DNA of 57,836 nt from Octopus sinensis (taxonomy: Eukaryota), in contig NW_021833927.1 in the NCBI RefSeq assembly GCF_006345805.1, positions 1 through 57,836 on the forward strand. The letters are read 5' to 3'. Position numbers and translations under genes: made by a program. Under the pieces are notes generated by a model. It did no database searches, was not told the origin of the DNA, and saw only the letters and a list, made by a program, of their open reading frames with translations. This document shows positions 37,359 to 47,339 of the stretch, piece after piece (the first letter of the stretch is position 1; each line of letters starts with the position of its first letter).

Positions 37359-37572
37359 TTAGGGTTAAGTTTAGGGTTCGAGTTAGGGTTGTCGGTTAGC
37401 AGGGTTAGGGTTAGGATTAGGGTTGGGTGTTAGGTGTTTGTTTTAAGGTTTATTATTAGGGTTAGGGTTTAGGTTTTGAGGTTAGCGGAGTTGCGTTAGG
37501 GTAATATATACGGTTAGGGTTGGTGTTAGGGTTAAGGTTAGGGTAAATTTTTAGCGGTTAATGTCAGGGTTA
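37359..37572 (+). repeat. ~214-bp degenerate TTAGGG tract inside the spacer
   Basis: Directly visible. Confidence 0.9.
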
Positions 37573-38978
37573 TTAGTCGAAACGCTTTCATAGTCAGTGC
37601 TGTAACACTCTGCAAACTTAACCACAAATACATAAATATCATACGAATACATTTTAGCTGATTCTTACAGTATAGAAGTTTAATAATGTGAACAAAATTG
37701 CAAATGGAAATTTTTTGTTATTTTTAAAACATTTAAGAGACTATTGTTTTAGAAAAACACTTTTGTGACTAAAAAGTGTTTATATATATGCTAGCTGATT
37801 GATATTAGTATATTTATAAAAGATTTTAGAAATTACAATACTCCTTAGAATACAAACATGTCAAAATTTAACACATTTATGACATTTGAAATAATAAGAT
37901 TTTTAGAAAACGAAATGTGTGAAAATAAGCATCAAAACATGAACAAAAGTGAACTTTCTTTAAACGGTTCTGTAACATGTTCTTTACAACTATTAGTGCG
38001 ATTACTGAAATCACAGAACTGCTCAAGATACAATCTTAATGTGAACAATATAACAAGTATACATTTCTTGTTATTCCAGAATAGAAAACGAGAACAAAAT
38101 TGCAATATGGAAACGATTTAAATGTGACTAAAATTGCAAATAAAAATTTGTTATTTTCTGTAACAAAATAATAACGTTTTGTTAAATATATGCTTGATAT
38201 TTATTAAAAACATACATCTAAAAACTTTTCAGAAAATAAAATGTGTCAAAGTATTGCAGATAAGCATAAAAACGTCAACAAAGTTGTAAGCATAATTTTG
38301 AAACATAAATATAAATATAAATTATAGAATAAATACGTTGGCTAAAAACGTTTTTTAAATATATGCTAGCTGATTGAAAATTAGAAAATATTTATCAGAT
38401 TTTAGAAATTACAAGATTTCTCACAAGATAAAAATGTCAAAATTGTGCTAAGCTTCGTGTATTTTCAAAATAAGAGATAGCTGAAATATGCAAAGAAATT
38501 GCAATTTTGCCTTTTTGTTTTCTGAAACGTTTTGTGGTTTCATAACTATAATCTTACATTTTCTCACAAAACTGTCATAAACATGTTAATAGATCACTGA
38601 AAATTTGAAAAGGATTTCTGAAATCTTTCATAAATATACTCTTGTATATCAGCTCGCAGAGAAAACATTTTTAGTCTGAAAAGTGTATATCTATAAAATT
38701 GTGTCATTAATGAGTTAATAAAAACAAGGAATTTCCATTTGCAATTTCGTTCACCTTATGAAACTTATCTATATTTTAACAAATCGGCTAAGATGTTGTA
38801 TTCGTATGGTATTTCTGTATTTCTGTTTATGTTTGCAAAAACGAGTGGAAGGTCTGTTACAACACCGACTGTGAAGGGCGTGATAGAGCACCAACATTGC
38901 AGTTGAATACAACTGCATGCTCAATTGCAATATTTTGACATATTTTGTTTTGATAAATATTCTCTTTAACAAAACGTT

Positions 38979-39535
38979 TGTAGTGATCCTATACAACGGC
39001 GCGCGCTCGCGCACCGTCCATTTGTATTTCGCGCATGCGGGGTTGGTGCTTTCACCACCGGAAGAAGAACCCCTTTTGCCTACGTAGCAGTTAGCCGAGG
39101 CAAGGGGATCGTAAGACGTTGACCACCAGCGTCCAGCAAGCAGCGACTTGAGACAAAAGCGACCGAAGGTACAACACGTATATTTCTCTCTGTCCGAACT
39201 TGATTCTAGCAGCAGCTTTACCAAAAGGCCTTTAACCAAATTGTTGCAGACCACATCTTCTCCCTGTTCCGGACGCCATCTTTGACCAGTGTCGTTTTGC
39301 ATTTGAACACTTTCTTATTTTACAGCGATAAGGTTCAGCACTGACACAGTTATACCAAAGGGATACCAGATAACCACTTATTGTTACTGTTACCACATTA
39401 GAGAATATATATCTTTTACGTCTGCGTCTTGTTGTTTCTGACTGGTAGAGAATCTGGATTATTAAAGCAACGGCTAGTGATTGCCTCTTGTACCCCGAAA
39501 GTACAAGAGAAGATATATTCACTAAGTTCGTTTCA
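38979..39535 (+). repeat. 5' LTR (557 bp)
   Basis: TGTAGTGATCC...TTCGTTTCA; no mismatch seen versus 41075-41631; candidate polyA signal ATTAAA at 39461-39466. Confidence 0.95.
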
Positions 39536-39536
39536 C

Positions 39537-39554
39537 TGGTGACCCCGACGTGAT
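39537..39554 (+). promoter_or_regulatory. Primer-binding site complementary to the 3' 18 nt of tRNA-Trp
   Basis: TGGTGACCCCGACGTGAT, 1 nt after the 5' LTR; the known tRNA-Trp PBS (as used by avian sarcoma-leukosis viruses). Confidence 0.93.
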
Positions 39555-41062
39555 TCTGGTCTAAAACCAGAGATCACTTAACAACAAAGAAATCCAGTTT
39601 TTCTGCGAAGTCGGAACACGATTTAACTCTACGCATTCATCTTTCGACGATTTTTTTCCTGTCACCACAAACAGTTATAGAAGGAGCCTCTTACTTATTC
39701 TTCAACAATGATGACGGACGCCATCATATCATCGATGTTTTTTCTCTGCCTTCGTCATCATCATCGTCGTCTTAGAACTTCACGTCGTCGTTATCTTCGT
39801 CGCCATCAACACTAAGAACAATGTTGTCTCAAGTCCACTACAGTCGCCTTCCACCACCACCGTCGCCTTTCAACACCGTCGACCTCCACAAGATGTACAT
39901 AGCAACTCGCGGAACTTTAGCTTTCCCGCTGTTCGTGCATAGCGCGCCAAGAATTAACAGCCCAGCACTATCTACGAGATTCTTCTGTTCCAGTTAACCT
40001 GTCACAGCATTGAAGCCACAACCGTTACACGATATGTGTCCAATCGGCATCTGCATTTGTGATCTCAACATTCTGTTACAGAACGAACTGCTATTGTGCA
40101 TCAGGCTATTACAGACTGGTAAACTAACTCCATTGTCTGAAATAGTCATGAGAGACATTTTTTCTATGCGCTGTATTTTTATTTTTGCTCGCATTCACCT
40201 TGTTGTATTTTTGCCGCACACACGTATACACACATAAATGCTATCTCTCTCACATACATACGTCACACATGCTTTTCTCGCTTGTTTTTTTCCATGCTGA
40301 ATTTGCCTTTGTAGACACACCTCATTTCTGTAGACCCTAAGGGGTCACGTATACATAGAGAGGGTTGTTTGTTCATTATAACGCGTCAGCATGTCATACT
40401 TTTGTTCCTGTACGAACGAGGCATATAGTCGCTTAACCACTGGCATATTCATTGCTGTTTTTCGGTCTGGCAAGCTCTATTGCATTTCATGCGCCTTTGC
40501 TTCGCACGTGTATTGCCTTGTTTTTGCAACACGTTTGCGTTAGCTTAATTCTTTTCCCGACTCATAGTATGTCGGATGTTCACATGCGCTGCGCCTATGT
40601 ATGGGCGTAATTATTTTTCCCTGTTAGACTCCTGTTGGTCACGTAATTAACAGAGAAAATTATCTGTGTCGCGCATCACACCAGCATGCTTGCACTTTTG
40701 CCTTTTGTGTTACTAGCGATCTATCTGTCGATTCCATTTCCTCTCCTGCAGCAATTGATTTAACTGCTATTTCGCAGGATCAACTACCTTTAGAGAAGTT
40801 GGATTTAATTTCGCCTAGGTTCATTAACTGTGAGTTTGCTTTCCTCCCGCTCCCTACAGCGGAAGGCTCTATTCTTTGTGACGTATCCACTTTCATGCAT
40901 GCACTTTTGAATTTTGCTCATTTTGAGTATTTTTTCCTTTAGTAAATTTCTTGTGTATGATGTAAATTTTGCCATTTTATTATATTGTGTGCTATTTGGT
41001 TATCTGGTATCCACCTTGAGTTTATAGTCACTACAGGGAATTTTGTGTCGTGCTTACGCACT

Positions 41063-41074
41063 GGGGTGGAGCTC
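41063..41074 (+). promoter_or_regulatory. Polypurine-tract-like plus-strand primer
   Basis: GGGGTGGAGCTC directly precedes the 3' LTR. Confidence 0.7.
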
Positions 41075-41631
41075 TGTAGTGATCCTATACAACGGCGCGC
41101 GCTCGCGCACCGTCCATTTGTATTTCGCGCATGCGGGGTTGGTGCTTTCACCACCGGAAGAAGAACCCCTTTTGCCTACGTAGCAGTTAGCCGAGGCAAG
41201 GGGATCGTAAGACGTTGACCACCAGCGTCCAGCAAGCAGCGACTTGAGACAAAAGCGACCGAAGGTACAACACGTATATTTCTCTCTGTCCGAACTTGAT
41301 TCTAGCAGCAGCTTTACCAAAAGGCCTTTAACCAAATTGTTGCAGACCACATCTTCTCCCTGTTCCGGACGCCATCTTTGACCAGTGTCGTTTTGCATTT
41401 GAACACTTTCTTATTTTACAGCGATAAGGTTCAGCACTGACACAGTTATACCAAAGGGATACCAGATAACCACTTATTGTTACTGTTACCACATTAGAGA
41501 ATATATATCTTTTACGTCTGCGTCTTGTTGTTTCTGACTGGTAGAGAATCTGGATTATTAAAGCAACGGCTAGTGATTGCCTCTTGTACCCCGAAAGTAC
41601 AAGAGAAGATATATTCACTAAGTTCGTTTCA
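41075..41631 (+). repeat. 3' LTR (557 bp)
   Basis: Offset 2096 from the 5' LTR; ORF-track peptides at 39232-39522 and 41328-41618 are identical. Confidence 0.95.
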
Positions 41632-42242
41632 CGTTTTTAGTCTCAAAACCGCTCAAAAGTGCTTGTTTGTCTTGTGAGAAATTTCGTGATATCTGAAATC
41701 TTTGATAAATAATCAGCTAGGATATATTTAACAAAACGTTTTTAGCCTGAAAAGTGCTTATCCTGAGAATCAGCCAACGTTGATATGGTATTTATATTTA
41801 TGTATGTATGTATGCTTGCAATTTTCTTTACATTTTCATGCAATATTTCTACATGTATGTCTTTGATATTTCTCATGTATGTCTTTGATAAATATAATCC
41901 GCTAACATATATAGCAAAATATTAGTCTGGAAAGTGATTCTCACAAATGTGTTAATCGTACACTGAAGAATGAGAAGTATATGCAATATAGTTCATATTT
42001 TTAAGCTTAGTAAAACATTTGTATTTTAAGAAATCTTGTTTATTAAATATTATCAATCAGTTAGCATATATTTAACAAAACGTAGGAAAGCAAATTTTGA
42101 CATGTTTGTAGTGTGAGAAGTTTTCTGATTTCTGAAATCTTGTGATCAATCAGCTAGCATATAAAACAATTTTAGTCTCAAAAGTGTATATTTGTAAAAT
42201 TGTGTCACAAAAAAAAACAAGAAATTTCCATTTGCAATTTTG
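41632..42242 (-). repeat. AT-rich modular repeat, reverse orientation (spacer, right of the LTR element)
   Basis: Reverse-complement modules: ATTTCTGAAATCTT, ATCAATCAGCTAGCAT, ATTTCCATTTGCAATTTTG (42224-42242). Confidence 0.85.
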
Positions 42243-42699
42243 AGAGTGTCCGGAAGTAAAGACTATTAAATTTACATAGGAAAAAATTTTCTTGAAAGGC
42301 CAGCATATTAAAATATACATTTAAATGTTAAATTTATAAACAAAATAAAGCAGGGCAAAAGAAAGAATATCTAATGCCAGATATGCCGAAATGGACTTAA
42401 TTATCAAACCCCAAACTTAATCCTAGCCCTCACCGTAGCCCTAAACCAAACTCTAAACATAACCCTAACACTAAACCTAAACTTAAACCTAACCCTAACA
42501 CAAATCCTAACACTAAACCTAACACTACCCCTAAACCTTACCCTAAACCTAACCCTAATTCCAACACTAACTTAACTTAACTTAACCGTAAATCTAACCC
42601 TAACATAAGCCGAAACCTAAGACTAACCCAAAGCCTAAGCCTAACCATAAATATAACCCTAACATTACGCCAAAACCTAAGACTAGCCCTAAACCTAAA

Positions 42700-45600
42700 C
42701 CTAACCCTAACCCTAACCAGCAACCTAAACAAAACCCTAACCCTAATGCTAACGCTAACCCTAATCCAGACCTAACCCAAACCCTAAACCTAACCCTACC
42801 CCTTAACCCAAGAAGACTCTAAACCTGAACCTAAACACAAACGTAGCCTTAACCGTAACCCTAAAACTAAACCTAGCCCTAAGCCTAAGACTAATCTTAA
42901 ACCTAACACTAAATGAAACCTCATACTTAACCCTAAACCTAAGCCTAACCATAACCCTAACCCTAACCCTCATGCTAAGCCTAACAATAATAATAATGAT
43001 GATAATCGTAACACTAAACTAACCTTAACCCTAAGTCTAACCCTAGCCCAAAGCCTAAGCCTATCCCTAAACCTAACCCTAAACTTAACTTTCACTCTCA
43101 CACTAAACCTAACCCTAACCCTAACCGCATCCCAAACTCTAACTCTAACCCTAAACCTAAACCAAACCCTAACCCTAACCCTAACCTTGGTCTAACCTTA
43201 ACCCTAACCCCACAGCTAACCCTATCCCTAAACCAAACTCTAGCCCTAGACCTCGCTCTAGCCCTAACATGAACCTTAATCCTAGCCATAACACGAACCC
43301 TAGCGCTGACACTAACCCTAACAATAATAATAATAAAAATAAGAATAATGATGATAACCCTAAATCTAAGCCTAAGCCTCAACCACCCCTAACCGTAACC
43401 CTAACAATAATAATATCAATAACAATGATAATAATGATGATAAATCTAACACCTTAATCATTACCCGAAGAATATTACTAGCAATAACTAGTAATAATGA
43501 TGATAACCCTGACTCTAATGCTAATCACAACCCTAACACTAACCCTAAACCTAACCGTAACCCTATCCCTAAATCTAACCCGAACATTAAACCTTACCCT
43601 AACCCTAACCAGCAACCTAAACAAAACCCTAATGCTAACGCTAACCCGAATCCAAACCCTAAACCTAACCCTACCCCTTAACACAAGAAGACTAAACACG
43701 AACGTAGCCTTAACCGTAACCCTAACACTAAACCTAGCACTAACACTGAGACTAATCTTAAACCTAACACTAAATGAAACCTCATACTTAACCCAAAACC
43801 TAACCCTGAACCTAAGCCTAAGCCTAACCATAACCCTAACCCTAACACTCATGCTAAGCCTAACACTAATCCAAACAATAATAATAATGATGATAATCAT
43901 AACATTAAACTAACCTTAACCCTAAGTCTAACCCTAGCCCAAAGCCTAAGCCTATCCCTAAACCTAACCCTAAACTTAACTTTCACTCTCACACTAACAC
44001 TAACCCTAACACTAACACTAATTTTCACCCTAACCCTAAACGTAGCCCTAATACTAAGCCTAACCCTAAAACTAACCCTAACCGCATCCCAAACTCTAAC
44101 TCTAACACTAAACCTAAACCAAACCCTAACCCTAAACCTAAACCTTGGTCTAACATTAACCCTAACCCCACATCTAACCCAAACCGTAGCCCCAGACCTC
44201 GCTCTAGCCCTAACATGAACCTTAATCCTAGCCATAACCCGAAACCTTGCGCTGACACTAACCCTAACAATAATAATAATAAAAATAAGAATAATGATGA
44301 TAACCCTAAATCTAAGCCTAAGCCTCAACCACCCCTAACAATAATAATATCAATAACAATGATAATAATGATGACAAATCTAACACCTTAATCATTACCC
44401 GAAGAATATTACTAACATAACTAGTAATAATGATGATAACCCTGACTCTAACGCTAATCACAACCCTAACACTAACTCTAAACCTAACCCTTACCCTAAC
44501 CCTAACCGTAACCCTATCCCTAAATCTAACCAGAACATTAAACCTTACCATAACCCTAACCAGCAACCTAAACAAAACTCTAACCCTAATGCTAACGCTA
44601 ACCCTAATCCAGACCAAACCCAAACCCTACACCTAACCCTACCCCTTAACCCAAGAAGACTAAACCTGAACCTAAACACGAACGTAGCCTTAACCGTAAC
44701 AGTAACCCTAACACTAAACCTAGCCCTAAGCCTAAGACTGATCTTAAACCTAACACTAAATGAAACCTCATGCTTAACCCAAAACCTAACCCTGACCTAA
44801 GCCTAAGCCTAACCATAACCCTAACCCTAACACTCATGCTAAGCCTAACACTAATCCAAACAATAATAATAATGATGATAATCATAACATTAAACTAACC
44901 TTAACCCTAAGTCTAACCCTAGCCCAAAGCCTAAGCCTATCCCTAAACCTAACCCTAAACTTAACTTTCACTCTCACACTAACACTAACCCTAACACTAA
45001 CACTAATTTTCACCCTAACCCTAAACGTAGCCCTAATACTAAGCCTAACCCTAAAACTAACCCTAACCGCATCCCAAACTCTAACTCTAACACTAAACCT
45101 AAACCAAACCCTAACCCTAAACCTAAACCTTGGTCTAACATTAACCCAACCCCACATCTAACCCAAACCGTAGCCCCAGACCTCGCTCTAGCCCTAACAT
45201 GAACCTTAATCCTAGCCATAACCCGAAACCTTGCGCTGACACTAACCCTAACAATAATAATAATAAAAAAAGAATAATGATGATAACCCTAAATCTAAGC
45301 CTAAGCCTCAACCACCCCTAACAATAATAATATCAATAACAATGATAATAATGATGACAAATCTAACACCTTAATCATTACCCGAAGAATATTACTAACA
45401 ATAACTAGTAATAATGATGATAACCCTGACTCTAACGCTAATCACAACCCTAACACTAACTCTAAACCTAACCCTTACCCTAACCCTAACCGTAACCCTA
45501 TCCCTAAATCTAACCAGAACATTAAACCTTACCATAACCCTAACCAGCAACCTAAACAAAACTCTAACCCTAATGCTAACGCTAACCCTAATCCAGACCA

Positions 45601-46490
45601 AACCCAAACCCTACACCTAACCCTACCCCTTAACCCAAGAAGACTAAACCTGAACCTAAACACGAACGTAGCCTTAACCGTAACAGTAACCCTAACACTA
45701 AACCTAGCCCTAAGCCTAAGACTGATCTTAAACCTAACACTAAATGAAACCTCATGCTTAACCCAAAACCTAACCCTGAACCTAAGCCTAACCAAAACCC
45801 TAACCCTAACCCTCATGCTAAGCCTAACACTAATCCAAACAATAATAATAATGATGATAATCGTAACACTAAACTAACCTTAACCCTGAGTCTAACCCTA
45901 GCCCAAAGCCTAAGCCTATCCCTAAACCTAACCCTAAACTTAACTTTCACTCTCACACTAAACCTAACCCTAACCCTAACACTAACACTAATTTTCACCC
46001 TAACCCTAAACATAGCCCTAGTACTAAGCCTAACCCTAAAACTAACCCTAACCGCATCCCAAACTCTACCTCTAACCTAAACCACACCATAACCCTAACC
46101 TTAACGCCACATCTAACCCTATCCCTAACCCAAACCGTAGCCCTAGACCCTAACATGAACATTAATCCTAGCCATAACCCGAACCCTAGCGCTGACACTA
46201 ACCCTAACAATAATAATAATAAAAATAAGAATAATGATGATAACCCTAAATCTAAGCCTAAGCCTAAACCACCCCTAACCGTAACCCTAACAATAATAAT
46301 ATCAATAACAATGAAAATAATGATGATAAATCTAACACCTTAATCATTACACGAAGAATATTACTAAAAATAACTAGTAATAACGATGATAACCCTGAAT
46401 CTATCGCTAATCACAACCCTAACATTAACCCTAAACCTAACCCTTACACTAACCCTAACCGTAACCCTATCACTAAATCTAACATGAACA
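42700..46490 (-). repeat. ~0.95-0.98-kb higher-order repeat mixing telomeric variants with (AAT/GAT)n runs, about 4 copies
   Basis: AACCACCCCTAAC at ~43381, 44326, 45310, 46267; AATCATTAC.CGAAGAATATTACTA in each unit. Confidence 0.9.
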
Positions 46491-47339
46491 TTAAACCTTA
46501 CCTAACACTAACCCTAACACTAACCCTAACCCTAACCCCAAACCTAACCCTAACCCCAACCCTAACCCTAACCCTAACACCAAACCTAACCCTAACACTA
46601 ACCCTAACTCTAACCCTAAACCTAAACCTAACCCTAACACTAATCCTAACCCAAACCCCTACCCTCACCCTAACCCCAACCCTCACTCTAACCCTAAGCC
46701 TAATCCTAACACTAACCCTAACACTAAACCTAACCCTGGCACTAACCCTAACCCAAACCCTAAACCTAGCCCTAACACTAGCCCTAAACCTAAACCTAAC
46801 CCTAACCCTCATCACAACACCAACCTTAACACTAACCCTAACACTAAACCTAACCCTAACCACAACCCTAAACCTAACCCTAACCCTAACACTAACCCTA
46901 ACACTAACCCTAACCCAAACCTAAACCTAACCATAACCCTAACCCATTCCCTAACACTAACCCTAACTCGAACCCTAACCCTAACCCTAACCCTAACCTA
47001 ACACTAAACCTAAACCTAACCCTAACCCTAACCCAATCCCTAACCCTAACACTAACACTAACCTTAACCCTAACACTAACACTAACCCTAGCCCTAACCC
47101 TAAGCCTAAGCCGAACGATAACCTTAACCCTAGCCCTGACCCTAGCCCTAACCCTAACCCTAACACTAGCACTAAACCTAACCCTAACCCTAACTCTAAC
47201 CCTAACCTAACCTTAACGCTAACCCTCACCCTAACACTAACCCTAACACTAACCCTAACCCTAGCCCAAACCCTAAACCTAAACCTAACCCTGACACTAG
47301 CCCTTACACTAGCCCTATCCCTAATTCTAACCCTAACCC

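Larger units (their letters stand above)
35259..38978. repeat. AT-rich modular repeat (spacer, left of the LTR element)
   Basis: Recurrent modules AAGC(T/A)TGAAAAYRTGAACAAWATTGCA, ATGCTAGCTGATTGAT, AAGATTTCAGAAATCACAA and CAAAATTGCAAATGGAAAT; ~370-bp duplication at 35869/36240. Confidence 0.85.
38979..41631 (+). mobile_element. Non-autonomous LTR retrotransposon (TRIM/LARD-like, probably Ty3/gypsy-dependent), 2653 bp
   Basis: TG...CA direct repeats of 557 bp, 4-bp TSD CGTT (38975-38978 and 41632-41635), PBS, PPT-like tract, 1539-bp interior without gag/pol ORFs. Confidence 0.93.

Noticed and set aside
35259-38978. CRISPR-like repeat-spacer array
   Set aside because: Repeats are degenerate and irregularly spaced, the intervening sequences are themselves repeated, and the context is eukaryotic with no cas genes.
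38979-39535. Retrozyme (hammerhead inside the LTR)
   Set aside because: No CTGANGA box found on either strand; the CCCGAAA loop is a plain hairpin.
39537-39554. tRNA-Trp gene
   Set aside because: Only the 18-nt complement including CCA is present, which is a PBS rather than a gene.
38769-41618. Duplicated minus-strand ORFs (177/114 aa and 96 aa)
   Set aside because: They lie antisense within the LTRs, are duplicated only because the LTRs are, and show no recognisable domain.
35255-42410. TTGATA(G/A)TT directly after both giant arrays on the G-rich strand
   Set aside because: Only 8 of 9 bases in AT-rich context; the following ~100 bp do not align, so chance cannot be excluded.
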